From Mobula hypostoma (Eukaryota): 64,000 bases of DNA. The notes under the pieces were generated by a model. That model was not told where the DNA came from. It saw nothing but the letters and a program-made list of their open reading frames with translations, and made no database searches. This document shows, piece after piece, positions 34,800 to 47,605 of this stretch. The stretch's first letter is position 1; each line of letters begins with the position of its first letter. The DNA is taken from the NCBI RefSeq assembly GCF_963921235.1, contig NC_086108.1:100938001-101002000 (forward strand), read 5' to 3'. The translations under genes and the position numbers were made by a program.

Positions 34800-36445
34800 T
34801 GTGTTAGAATTCTTTGAGGAGATAACAAGCAGGTTGGACTAAGGAGAGTCAGTGGACATTATATATTGGATTTTTCACAAGGCTTTTGCTTTGAAGCTGC
34901 TGAACAAGATATAAGCCCAGAATGTACTAGCATGGATAGAAGATTGGATAACTGGTAGAAGGCAGAGAGTAGTGATAAAGGGGTCATTATCAGGATGGTT
35001 GCTGGTAACTAATGGAGTTCTGTATCTGTTATGACTTTTCACTTTATATGCTAATGTTCTGTATGAAGAAACTGTTGGCATTGTGACCAAATTTGCAGAT
35101 GATACAAAGATAGGTGGAGGCCTAGGCATGTTGCAGAGGCAGGGAGTCTGCGGGAGGACCTGCACAGGTTTGGAGAATAGGCTAAGAAGTGGCAGATGAA
35201 ATAGAGTGTAGGGAAGTGTGGGATTATGAACTTTGGTAAGGAGAATAAAGATAAGGACTATCTTCTAAATGGGGAGAGAATTCAGAAGTGGAAGGTGCAA
35301 AGGGACTTGGAAACCCTTGTTCAGGATTCCATTAAGGTTAACTTGCAAGTTGAGTAATTAGTAAGGAAAGCAAATGCAATGTTATTTTGAAAGGACTAGA
35401 ACATAAAAGCAAGGATGTACTGCTAAGGCTTTAAAAAGCATTGATGAGACTGCATTTGGTATATTGTAAGCAATTCCCATTTCTAAGGAAGGATGTGTTG
35501 GTCCTGGAGTGAGCCCAGAGGATCTTCACAAGAATGATCCCAGGAATGAATGGGTTAACACGGGAAGAGGTTTTGATGGATTTGGGCTCATGAAGTTCAC
35601 AAAGGTGTGCAGGGATCTCACTGAAACATACAGTACTGAATACTGAAAGGACTGGATACAGTGGTCATAGAGAGGAGGCTTCCATTAGAAGGAGAGTCTA
35701 GGATTTGCAGATATCTGTGGAATAAAGGAACTTACATCTTGAATTCTGACAATGAAGAAGCTCTTCAACCAGAGGGTGGCGAATCTGTGTACTTCATTGC
35801 CACAGAGGGTTGCAGAGGCCAAGTTATTGAGTGTATTTAGAATGATAGTCATTGAGAAGTACAGCAAAGAAACAGGCCCTTTGGCCCATCTAGTCCGTCA
35901 AACCATTTAAACTGCCTACTCCCATCGACCTGCACTGCGACCATAGCCCTCCATAACCCTACCATCCATGTATCCATCCAAACTTCTCTAAAACTTTGAA
36001 ATCAAGCTTGCATGCAGAACTTACACTGGCAGCTCATTCCACACTCTCACGACCCTCTGTGTGAAGAAATTTCCCCTCATGTTCCCCTTAAACATTTCAC
36101 CTTTCACCCTTAACCCATGACTTCTGGTGGTTGTACCACCCAACCACAGAGGAAAAAGCCTGCTTGCATTTACCCTATCTATACCTCTCATAATTCTGTA
36201 TACCTCTATCAAATCTCCCCTCAATCTTCAATGTTCTCAGGAATACAGTCCTAACCTATTCAATCTTTCCTCATAACTCAGGTCCTCCAGAACAATTTAA
36301 GGCAGAAGCTGACAGGTAAGGGAATTAATAATTATGGGGAGAAAGCGGGAGAATGGGTCTGAGGAAAGAAAACAAGGTCATCCATGATTGAAGGTAGCAG
36401 TCTCAATGTTCTGAATGACCTAATCCTGCGCCTACGTCTTATGGT
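34800..36445 (+). mobile_element. Decayed CR1 3' half
   Basis: EFFEEITSR, KFADDTKIGG, FFNQRVANL remnants; resumes at ~36295 after an opposite-strand insertion. Confidence 0.8.
35846..36293 (-). mobile_element. CR1 3' fragment nested in an older CR1
   Basis: RGDLIEVYRIMRGIDRVN...FFTQRVVRVWNELP plus 3' UTR. Confidence 0.85.
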
Positions 36446-37249
36446 TTTATCAAGTGCTTGTTCATACAAGTTCTACACTGATCCCAATATTTTTTCTCCT
36501 CACATTCCCATCTACTCTTCCCAATTTCTACCACTCACCAACACACACCAGTGGCAATTTACCATGGCTAAATTAAGCAATCAACTTGCACGTCTTTGGT
36601 ATGTGGGAGGAAGTGGGAGCAGCTGGGGGAAGCACATATGGTTACAGGGAGAACATAAAATGAAGCCAGGATTGAGCTTGATTCTCCGAAGCCGTGAGGC
36701 ATCTCTACCATACCATCCTTCATTTGTTATTATTTAATTTGCAAATTGACGGGAATTTCGGGATAATTAATATACATCCTCTGTAACCCTTCACTGACAT
36801 GAATTGCCAGATTGTTCTCCATCCAGTATAGACATTTCCTTCAATTAAACTGCATAAACACTGAAACCATTGTCTTCAAACTCATCTACAAACTCTGTTC
36901 TTAGCCACTGACTCCAGCTGTCTCCCTTACATCCTTTCAAACTGAACCAGACTTTGTTGTCCCGTTTGACCCTGAATGAAGGTTCAGGCCTCATATCCAT
37001 GTTGTCATTAAGAATACTGAAATCCACCATTTTAGTGCTACCTAGCTCAGACCCAGTCTCACTCCATTTCTCTGAAACACCTGCCTAAGCGATGACTCAG
37101 TTTTAAAGTACTCTATTTTATCTTTGTGCCCATGGTTTCACATCAACCTATCTCAGTAACCTTCTTCAGTTCTCATAACCACTTAGTATATCTGTGTTCT
37201 TAATTCTAGCCTTGATTTCCCGAATGAATTAGTTCACCATTGACAACTG

Positions 37250-37873
37250 TTACCAATGGAATTCCAGAGCTCTGGGCCTTGGCAGTGGAAGGAACAGTTT
37301 TAAGAATCCGAATCCGAATCAGGTTTAATAACTTTGGCATATGTTGTGAAATTTGATGATCTGTGGCAGCAGTATAGTGCAATACATTAAAAATACAGAG
37401 GGTTGCAAATTCACCCAGCTCCATCATGGGTAGTAGTCTCCACAACATCGAGGATACCTTCAAAAGGCAATGCCTCAAAAATGCAGCATCCATCATTAAG
37501 GACCCCTACCACCCAGGTCATGCCCTCTTCCTATCAGGAAGGAGGTACAGGAGCCTGAAGATATACACTCAACATTTTGGAAACAGCTTTTTCCCCTCTG
37601 CCATCAGATTTCTGAATGGACAATAGACCACCCATGAACACTACCTCAGTATTTTTGCTCTCTTTTTGCACTACTTAGTTAATTTTTTTTATATTCATGT
37701 ATTTCCTATTGTAATTGGTAGTATTTTTAATGTATTGCACTGTACTGCTGCCACAAGTCATCAAATTTCACAACATATGCCAAAGTTATTAAACCTGATT
37801 CAGATTAGGACTCGGATTCTTAAACCTGTCCCTTCCACTGCCAAGGCCCAGGACTCTGGAATTCCCTTGGTAA
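37250..37873. repeat. Long inverted repeat (~150-bp arms) around a Rex-like LINE 3' fragment
   Basis: 37250-37396 is the reverse complement of 37721-37873 with scattered mismatches; spacer encodes IIKDPYHPGH...GRRYRSL...SFFPSAIRFLN. Confidence 0.92.
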
Positions 37874-37879
37874 GCATTT

Positions 37880-38120
37880 CAGATCTTCTATCCCCAACCA
37901 CCCACCCACCCTCACCCTTACCTGGCTTCATCTAAAACCTATCAGCTTCTACTCCTTCCTCTCCTCCCATCTTCTTATTCCAGCGTCTCCCATCCTTTCC
38001 AGTTCTGATGAAGGGTATTGGCCTGTTTATTCCTCTCCATAGATAATGATGACCTGCTGAGTTCCTCTAGCACTTTGTGTGTGCTGCTCAAGATTTCCAA
38101 CATCTTCTGAATCTCTTATA
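37880..38120 (+). mobile_element. Penelope pLTR fragment
   Basis: CCAGTTCTGATGAAGGG... with GAAA deleted, and GACCTGCTGAGTTCCTC tail. Confidence 0.7.
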
Positions 38121-38294
38121 TTTAGGCTTGATATCTTTCCTCATTTAGGACACATTGGATCCAACTACTTTGACTAAGCTTTTATTCATCAGGCCAATAT
38201 TTCTGCAAAATGTGTTCAGCTGTGCTTTATCCTTTTTAAAGGTGTGATATCAATGTAGATTGCTGTTATTATTTAAGAAGTGTTTCAACATTAT

Positions 38295-38598
38295 ATAAGG
38301 CATCTGTTAGTCTTGCGAGACCATGGATCTGCGCCTGGGAAGTCTTCACTCTCCAGGGCGCAGGCCTGGGCAAGGTTGTATGGAAGACCAGCAGTTGCCC
38401 GTGCTGCAAGTCTCCCCTCTCCACGACACCGATGTTGTCTAAGGGAAGGGCGTTAGCTTGGCACCAGTGTCGTTGCAGAGCAATCTGTGGTTAAGTGCCT
38501 CGTTCAAGGACACAACACGTTCCCTTGGCTGAGGCTCAAACTCACGACCTTCAGGTTGCTAGTCCAATGCCTTAACCACTTGGCCACGTGCCCACAGA
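38295..38598 (-). mobile_element. tRNA-derived SINE with a CORE-like segment
   Basis: Head GGGCACGTGGCCAAGTGGTTAAGGC...GAGTTTGAGCC; GTGTCCTTGAACGAGGCACTTAACC; 9-bp TSD CAACATTAT (38286-38294, 38599-38607). Confidence 0.85.
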
Positions 38599-38607
38599 CA
38601 ACATTAT

Positions 38608-39000
38608 TAGAGTCATGGAATACTACAGCACAGAAAAAGGCCCTTTGGCCCATCTACTCCATGTTAAACTATTACTCTGCCTAGTTTCATTGACCTGCAA
38701 CTGGAAAATAGGCATCCACAGCCCTCCCATCCACGTACTTATCCAAATTTCCCTTAAATGCTGAAATCAAACCCACATCCACCGCTTCTGCTGGCAGCTT
38801 GTTCCACACTCTCACCACCCTCTGAGTAAAGAAGTTGCCCCTCATATTCCCATTAAACACTTCAGCTTTCATCCTTAACCCATGACCTCTAGTTTTAGTC
38901 TCACCCAACCTTGGTGAAAAAGCTCTGCTTGCATTTACCCTATCTATACCCCTCATAATTTTGTTTTCCTCTATCAAATATCCTGTCAGTCTTCTACATT
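38608..39000 (-). mobile_element. CR1 3' fragment
   Basis: KIMRGIDRVN...NFFTQRVVRVWNKLP plus 3' UTR. Confidence 0.85.
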
Positions 39001-39441
39001 TTAAACTTTTAAATTGTCAGCCATGTATAATTTGTAAAATTATGTCCTTCTGACATGTTCCAGTGCACCTATTTTGTTGGTGGCCCAACTTTCCAAACCT
39101 GAATAGTAATGTAATGTTTGGATATTTTTACAGGCTTTTGCTTGTTTTTGGAGGTAGTTAGACTTGTGACTAAGGGTGGGGAACTGGATGATACCGAAGC
39201 ATTGAACATTATGATGTGAACATTGATGAGACACGAAGGGAGCTTGCTGATGGAGGAGGAGTTTGGGAAGGGCTGTGAAACCAGGACCAGCACTTCTGGA
39301 CTTGAGAGATGAAAATTCTAGACATCTAGGAGTCTGATCACAGGTCAGGGAATGGTGATAGGAAGGGTGAAGGAGGTTAATGGTAATGGTAAACAGTTTT
39401 CTTAACTTGTCCACCTCTCAGGTCGACACTGACATCTTAAA

Positions 39442-40115
39442 GGGAGGAGAAGATGGCGGCGCGATGACAGCGCACGCGGCCACTTTGGTGATGAGTATCT
39501 ATTATCTGTCAAGTAGGGGACCGTGCACAATTCTGATTTGATGAGACAGACATGAGAGCACAGCGGAACATCTGGAAAACTTCTGAAATGCCTGGCTTCG
39601 CTGCCGCTGTTACTGTGTGGTAACCGGAATCTCCAGAGCTGAAGGCCCCAAAATCCTCGGCTTTGCGTGTTTCAGTGGCCAGGGAGAGGTCGAAGGCGCT
39701 CGGCAGAGGATGGCGCTTGGGAGACTGGTCAGAAGCTCGAAGTATTCGGACGTATGGACTCAGTGTCGGCTGCGGTCGGCTGCTTCCAAGGTATTGGCAA
39801 GTTGACGGTGCCTGGAGGTTTATGGCAGGGAGTTTCTCCCTTTTGCCACCTGCTATTGGGGGCTCAGGAGTCGATCGACTCAGGACTTTGAGACTTTTTT
39901 TACTGTGCCCATGGTCTGTTCTTTATCAAATTATGGTATTGATTTGCACTGCTGTAACTATATGTTATAATTATGTGGTTCTGTCAGTGTTAGTCTTTGG
40001 TTTGTCCTGTTTTTCTGTGATATCACTCCTGAGAAACATTGTATCATTTCTTAATGCATGTATGCATTTCTAAATGATAATAAAAGAGGACTGAGTGTTC
40101 TCATAATCTAAATCT
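39442..40115 (+). mobile_element. ~675-bp non-coding LINE-like retroposon
   Basis: Starts GGAGGAGAAGATGGCGGC; CpG-rich 5' half; T-rich 3' half; AATAAA and (ATCTAA)n tail; TAAAG on both sides. Confidence 0.65.
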
Positions 40116-40529
40116 AAAGTCAAGTTTCCCAGCAATGGGAATTCCCAGGATGTTGTGGCCAATGTAATCCTACAATGCTGCACAATAGTATTGCATGGGC
40201 AATGATTCCAATCTGTGAGAACCTGACATGGAAGTTGTGTTGGGACTGTAAGGCTGACTCATGACAGGAAATGCTGAATCATATTTTCTGAGTAATGCCA
40301 GTGATCCAGAAAGGTTGTTATGTGATTTTTGCTCAAATAAAAACAGCCTTATGTCATTGATTCAAAAGCCACAAAAATCTTCCTTATTAGAGTTATATGA
40401 CCACACAGCATGGTAAAAGGCCCTTCAGCCCAATTGGTCCACGCTGACCAAGATTCCCTTCAAAGTTTGTCCCATTTACTAGCATATAACACATTACCCT
40501 CCATGCACCTCTACAAGAACCTTTTGATT

Positions 40530-40609
40530 CAGGGGTTCCCAACCTGGAGTCCATGGATCCTTTGCTTAATAACATTGCTCCATGGAATAAAAACAGTTAT
40601 AAAGGGTTG
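40530..40609. mobile_element. 80-bp hAT MITE (right TIR decayed)
   Basis: CAGGGGTTCCCAACCTGGAGTCCATGG..., homologous to 10597-10676. Confidence 0.65.
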
Positions 40610-41697
40610 TTTAAATGTTGTCAAGGTACCTCAACCAGCCAAAATGTAATAACTTCCTACCAAAATGTATTATCTCACATTAAAATGTATTTGCTGCCTG
40701 CACAGCTGTTCTACAAGTTTGTTAATGATTCCCCGTATTGCTTCTTCAATAACTACTCAACCCAATTTGAAGTAATTCATACATTTTACAATTATTCCTG
40801 TTTTCCTGGGTTCAAATCATTCCCAGAATTGATTATTTATCAGTAAATTATTATTATCATTTACTGATCTAAGCATCTATGCTATTTGTTTTGTGGCAAG
40901 TTTGTGCTCTGTCTTGTTTGTAATCTATTATGTAGTACCTTACCATAGTGGCTTTGAAAATTGAAATATTATGTCTATTGCATTATATATTTTCAGCCTT
41001 TCCAAAAATTCTTCAAAATACACGCTTCACTTTTTGAATCTGTGCTGTCTACTGTTCATTACATTTTCATAACAACTGTGATCAGACAACATTTATAAAG
41101 TGCTCTACACATTTAAGTTGTTTGGCTCTGGATTCTTGCATGATGAATCAATTGACCCATAAAGCTTCACTCTTTTATGTTCACACCACAATTTATCTCC
41201 GTTCTTTCATACTGTTAAAAGCTATGTCACTCGGTATTATCTACTCACTTAACATGCTGGTATCCTGTTTTTCACTTTATGCTTCCATCTGTCCTGATCA
41301 CAATGCTACCCAGTGTTCTGTCAACAGTGGGCTTTGTACAGTGGTCTTCATTCCAGTATTGAATTTATTAATAAACCCAATGAACAATTGGGGCAGCAAC
41401 TCTGGTCCCTGTGACCCATGTATGAAAATAATCTCTGTATTCTATTTTCCTATCTCTGTTCATGGGGTTGTTTACTATATGTGCACATATACTGTATTTC
41501 AAGGATGGGGGAGTTATTACATGTCCGCACTTAGATATTTGCACATTATGTTAAATGTCCTTGCGTGTTGCAGATGCATCACTAAAGACAGAGGTGCTGA
41601 TGGGAGTTGGGAGGGTGGATGGCTGGACAGTAAAGTTCCAGCTCTTATTTAATGGATAGCTGTATGTGGGAAGAAAGGTCAGCCCACCTCTGTAGAA

Positions 41698-41777
41698 CAG
41701 GGGTTTCCAACCTTTGTTATGCAATGGACTCATGCCATTAACTGAGGGGTCCATGGACCCCAGATTGGGAACCCCTG
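41698..41777. mobile_element. 80-bp hAT MITE
   Basis: TIRs CAGGGGTTTCCAA / TTGGGAACCCCTG; flanks CTGTAGAA / CTCTAAAT resemble the Charlie target NTCTARAN. Confidence 0.8.
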
Positions 41778-42854
41778 CTCTAAATGTGTTAGTAATTAGG
41801 AGAGAGAGAGCTGGTTTCTTCATTTTCTCATGTGCAGTACATTATACATGGGGGCTGTCCTGTCTCCCCAGCAACACTTTGCTTGTGCGCCGCCATTTGG
41901 TTGGGTAACTGGATAACATTAGGGAAACAGAAATGATGCAAGGGGAGGAGTTACAAGACCTGTGTCTGTGGAAGCCTAGGTGGCTTGCAAATGTCTGCCC
42001 TTTGTAATTGCACATTGGAGTCTGTGTGCAAATGAATGAATGAATGATCTGTACATTTGTATTCTACAGGCTTTTCATTATAGTGAAACTATGACTTCAA
42101 GCCAGATTTGTGTGGAAATCAAGTCAGAAGTGAGATTGAGAGGATCGGATAAAGTACCTGTGAATTACACCAAAACATATTGCTTTTCTGGTCAATGCTG
42201 AAAATGATCATTATGATCATGCATGTTTTATTTGTGCTGCATACATTGCCAATGATGGAATCATTCTGGTTATGGAAGTGGCGTATATCCATTGGACTGA
42301 GGGATATCTGCCTATCTCAACACCGAAATGTGACTGTTTTCCCACTTGTAATGCTCTGTTTCCTGAAGAGAATTGTCTCAAGTCATAAGCTTTAACTTTA
42401 GCGCCCAAATAACCATATAAATAAAATTCATAGACATTCTCTGATTATCTTCCTTAAGAAATGCAATCAGGTTCATTTACACAAATCCATACAGTTCATT
42501 TTTGAGTTGTTTGGTCAATGGTTTAGATTTATATACTTTGGTACTTTCCGCCCACTGAAAGATTCTTTCATAGGCCAACACAACTGCCCTCTCCTTGATG
42601 GGTTTTATTGTCTTTGATTTAACTTAGTCTTTTATCAGAACAACTTAAAGTTAGTTGTTTTATGATCAATATTCCCCTGATGCTCCCCACAGTAAAACAT
42701 ACCCCTTTCTATATGTCAGTTCCTGGATACAAAAATGCTTTCTTTTTCATTTGGTTAGGAATGTGCTGGGACAGTTTCCAGCTTGGGGGCACACAACTAA
42801 CTGAGTGCAAATATGGTTCAGTATTGCATCCATTGTAGGAATTAATTAAATTTT

Positions 42855-43110
42855 CTGACGAGGAAGAATTTCTTTAGCAGAGGGTGGTGAATATATGGAA
42901 TTCATAGCTATAGGCAGCAGTGGGGACAAAGTCGTTGGGTATATTTAAAGCAGAGATCAATAGGTTCTTGATTAGTAAGGGCATCAAAGGTTACAGGAAC
43001 AAGGCGGAAGAATGGGGATTGCGTGGGATAATAAATCAGCCATGATGGAATAACAGAGCAGACTTGATGGACTAAATGTCCTAATTATGGTTCTATGTCT
43101 TCTGGTCTAA
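42855..43110 (+). mobile_element. CR1 3' fragment
   Basis: NFFSRGW/QRVVNIWNS remnant plus CR1 3' UTR. Confidence 0.75.
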
Positions 43111-43989
43111 CAGAGTGGTAACTTGGTGTCAAATGCTAAGTAGATCTGAAAATATGTTCATTGCAAAAATTAAGCATTCTTTAATCAATACTAGAACCCC
43201 AAAGATACCAATTTGTAAAATATATAAAATAAGTACATTTATGAAGACATTAAAAAGCTTTCAAAGTATCATTATAATTAAGGAATGTTTAATTTTAGAT
43301 TCAATTCAAATTCTTTCAAAGGAATACTATCAGAGAAAACATCAGCCAGTTCAAATGAAGGGTCTTGACCCAAAGCATCAACTGTCCATTTCCCTCTATA
43401 GATTCTGCCTGATGTGCTGAGTTCCTCCAGTGACTTTGTCTGTATCTCATACTTTGAAATTCACTCTTTATCAGACCATAGACTTAGAAGCAGAATCAAG
43501 CCATTTGGCCCATCGTGTCTGTCCTATGTCTTATGTTCTGATGAAGACTTAATTTTAAAGTATGAGATATGAAAGTGTAATTCCTCATCACCACTATTCA
43601 GTTAATTTTCTAAACTTGGGATAGATTTTCCATAAAGTTATCCAGTTCGCATTATCCAAACTTTGGCCAAGTAATCCTGCCAATGACTGCCTTGCACTGC
43701 AACCCTTTGATAACTTAATCCTTATTTAAATATAACTAAACCACTCTGATGAATCTTTTCTTTACCTTTCCCTGAGTAGCTTCATATTCTGCTTCTAGTT
43801 TTGGCTCATTCACAGTTTCCACATATGAAAGCCTTTGAAGAATAGGGAGGGGGGAAGAAGGAGATTATGGGGACAGTGTTTACAGGGTAGCACAAGGTAG
43901 ATCAATGTGAGAAGAGAGAGATCCCAGAAATGAATTAAAATACTAAGCAGTCTTGCAGTACAATTGTATCATAACCAGAATTAGAATCA

Positions 43990-44400
43990 GTAACAAAATT
44001 GCCATCATTGGGACTCAACTACAAGACCTGGAGACAATCTACAACTCTCGGTGCCTACAGTGCACTTGTAACATCATTAAAGACACATCTCATCCTGGAA
44101 GATACTGTCTGTTCAATCTCCTGCCAACTGGTAGGGGATATAGAAACATCTTAGACAAGACAGTAAGACTGAAAAACAGCTTCTTCCCGAAGGTGGTTGT
44201 GCAGCTGAATAATGCTACATTATGCCTGGCAATGACCTTTGAGTGCTATGGACCATTAAAGTCACTTGTTGCATGTAAATATGGGAATTTCGTTTTTGTT
44301 GTTAAGCCATACCACATGCATTGTAAATGTCTGTCTTACATGGACTGGAGTAGCACTGCAATCTCGTTGTCTTGAGCAATGACAAAAAAATTCTGTTTTA
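43990..44400 (+). mobile_element. Rex-like LINE 3' fragment
   Basis: IIKDTSHPG...LLPTGRGYRNI...RLKNSFFP. Confidence 0.7.
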
Positions 44401-44629
44401 TTCTATAGAGTCATAGAGCAATACAACGTGGATACAGCCTTCTGGCCCAACCAATCCATCATTATCAGTGTGTTCTCAATTTTCGGCATTCAGCCCATAT
44501 CCCTCAAGGCCATGCTCCACCATGTACCTATTGAGATGTTATTTAAAAGATACGTTTGTACCTGCCTGAACCACTTCTTCTGGTAGTTCATTCAATGTAC
44601 TTGTGAATAAGTTGCCTCTTGGGTCAGTG

Positions 44630-44920
44630 GCATGGTGGTGTAGTGGTTAACATGCTTTACAGTACCAGTGACCTGGGTTCAATTCTCGCTGCTGCCTGTA
44701 AGTAGTTTGTAAGCTTTCATTGTGACTGCATCGTTTTCCTCCGGGTGCTCAGATTTCCTCCCACAGTCTAAAGACGGTGGTAACTGCCAGTTGGTAGTTT
44801 AATTGGTCACTGTAAATTTCCCTATGACGAGGCTAGGGTTAAACCATGATTGCTGGGCAGTGTGGCTCGAAGGGCCAGAAGGGGCTATTCTGCGCTGCAG
44901 CTCAATAAATAAATAAATAA
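44630..44920 (+). mobile_element. V-SINE (HE1-like)
   Basis: tRNA head with GGTTCAATTC B box, V-domain, (TAAA)n tail. Confidence 0.8.
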
Positions 44921-44970
44921 ATTCTTCCCTTCTCACGCTAATCCCAATGCCTACTTGTTTTGGACTTCCC

Positions 44971-45242
44971 TTCTTGATCTTCTTAATTCCATCACCCGTA
45001 CTCGGCATAGGGTGTCAACAGCAGCTCACCAGGGACCTCTGTCCTGGATCAATGTCGATCAGCCACGTGGTTTACGTTTTCACCACACAACTCCATACAT
45101 CTTCCAGATGAAGGTCCTTCCTCTCCTAGGTATTAGGTCTTCGGAGCTTCTGCTGGTCTGCTGTGGCATTGATGTTTTATGGAATAGGGTTGCCCAACCC
45201 TACTACTTTCACAGTGGGCTTGAGACTGTCTTTGACAGAGTT
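44971..45242 (-). mobile_element. Second copy of the twister-headed non-autonomous RTE derivative
   Basis: Minus strand AACTCTGTCAAAGACAGTCTCAAGCCCACTGTGAAAGTAGTAGGGTTGGGC...CTGGTGAGCTGCTGTT...GGTGATGGAATTAAGAAG; decayed TSD GGGAGGCCAGA / GGGAAGTCCAA. Confidence 0.75.
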
Positions 45243-46048
45243 TCTGGCCTCCCCTATCCCAGGGGAAAAATACTGATACCACAATATTCAGCACACAGTC
45301 TGTTTTTTCTGTGTTTCATGTGTTTTGGTTTTAAATCAATAATGAGGATTCTTGGCTGAGAAGCCTCCTCTTTCCAGTCAAACTTACTCCCTCTGTTTAC
45401 TCTCCAGATTACCTGTAACTTGATTTTCCTTTCCTCCTAACCTTATCTCGCTGTGTTTTCTGTTTGGGTGATCAATCTCGGTATCACCTGTAGAGGGTGA
45501 TCTTGGTCTTCTAATGTCTGTACAGTGTGAAGAGAAAAGAGACTGCTGATGCTGGAATCTGAAAGAAAAAACAATGCTTGGCGAACTCAGTGGTGAGGCA
45601 GCAACGTGGCGGCAAAAAGTATAACTGAAAGTTTTGGGTTGAGACCCTCCAGTCCACCTTTGGACCTTGACTTCTGGAATCACACAGACCTCCAACCCTG
45701 TGATCTGGGCCTTTGTGACTCCTTTGAACAACTACCTTTGGCCTTCAATCTTCATATTTGCTCGCTGGTCTTCACAGGGTTTGACATTTGGGTCTCAACT
45801 TCCAGAATTGCATGGAACTCCGACCCCTAATAACGTACCACAAACAGGAAACCTGTTTAAATCTGTGCCTCTGAGACAACCGTAGCCTGTTCTGCTGTAG
45901 TGCAACTTTCTATACATCTGTAAATTTGTTCTTTTATTGCATGTACTGAGCCTCAGTAAAAAAAATTGTTTTGCAATCCATCTGCACTCAGTGGCCAGTT
46001 TATTAGGTACCTCATGTATCTAATAAATTGGTCACTGAGTGCATGTTC

Positions 46049-47138
46049 TGCAGCTGGATCTTCAACTTCCTCACAGACAGGACCCAGGCTGTAAAAATAG
46101 GGGACAAGCTCTCCTCTACAATCACTCTGAGCACCGGTGCCCCACAAGGCTGTGTACTCAGCCCCCTGCTGTACTCACTGTACACCCATGATTGTGTAGC
46201 CAAGTTTCCATCAAACTCAATATATAAGTTTGCTGATGACACAACAATTGTAGGCCGTATCTCGGGTAGCGATGAGTTTGAGTACAGAGAGAAAATTAAG
46301 AACCTGGAGGCATGGTGCGAAGACAAAAACCTATCCCTCAACGTCAGCAAGACGAAGGAATTGGGTGTTGACTTCAGAAGGAGTAGTGGACCGCAGGACC
46401 CCATTTACATCGGTGGTGCGCAAGTGGAACAGGGCAAAAGCTTTAAGTTCCTTGGGGTCAATATCACAAATGACCTGACTTGATCCAGCCAAGCAGAGTC
46501 CACTGCCAAGAAGGCCCACCAGCGCCTTTACTTCCTAAAAAAGCTGAAGAAATTTGGCCTGTCCCCTAAAACCCTCACTAATTTTTATAGATGCACCGTA
46601 GAAAGTATTCTTCTAGGGTGTTTCACAACCTGGTATGGAAGTTGTCCTGTCCAAGACCGGAAGAAGTTGCAGAAGGTTGTGAACATAGCCCAGCACATCA
46701 CACAAACCAATCTTCCATCCTTGGACTCACTTTACACCGCACGCTGTCGGAGCAGTGCTGCCAGGATAATCAAGGACATGACCCACCCAGCCAACACACT
46801 TTTTGTCCCTCTTCCCTCCGGGAGAAGGCTCAGGAGCTTGAAGACTCATACGCCCAAATTTGGGAACAGCTCCTTTCCAACTGTGATAAGACTGCTGAAC
46901 AGATCCTGACCCAGATCTGGGCCATACCCTCCAAATATCCGGACCTGCCTCTCGGTTTTTTTTGCACTACCTTACTTTCCCTTTTCTATTTTCTATTTAT
47001 GACTTATAATTTAAGTTTGTAATAGTTAGTATCGATTTGTACTCCAGGGAGTGGGAAGCACAGAATCAAATATCGCTGTGCTGATTGTACGTTCTAGTAT
47101 CAGTTGTTTGGCGACAATAAAGTGTAAAGTATAAAGTA
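46049..47138 (+). mobile_element. Rex1/Babar-like LINE, 5'-truncated
   Basis: [57 protein letters not shown]; (TAAAGTA)n tail. Confidence 0.9.
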
Positions 47139-47605
47139 TTTTCCTGGTCTTCTGCTGCTGTAGCTCATCCACTTCAAGGTTTGATGTGTTGTTCCTTCAG
47201 AGGTGCTCTTCTGCACGCCACTGTTGTGGTTATTGAGTTACTGTCACTTTCCTCTTCGCTTGAACCAGTCAGGCCATTCTCATCTGACCTATCTCATTAA
47301 CAAGGCATTTTCGCCCACAGAACGGCTGCTCACTGGACATTTTATGTTTTCTCCATTCTCTGCAAACTCTAGAGACTGATGTGCATATAAATTCTGGGAG
47401 ATCAACAGTATCTGAGCTACTTAAGCCAACCCATCTGGCAAAAACAATCATTCTATGACCAAAGTTCCTTATATCATAATTCTTCCCCTTTCTGATGTTT
47501 GATCTAAGCAACAACTGAACTTTTTGACCATGTCTGCATGCTTTTATGCACTGAATTGCTGCCATATGATTGGCTGATTAAATATTTTTTATTAACAAGC
47601 AAGTT

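Noticed and set aside
41122..41652. 176-aa ORF in unique sequence
   Set aside because: Non-ATG start, no recognisable domain, composition typical of AT-rich non-coding DNA
42070..42400. Faint resemblance to CLCA C-terminus (DHYDH, RIS..LRD) or NTPDase (YCFSG)
   Set aside because: Fragments lie in different frames, are too short and show no coherent exon; CLCA was considered only because of mammalian synteny
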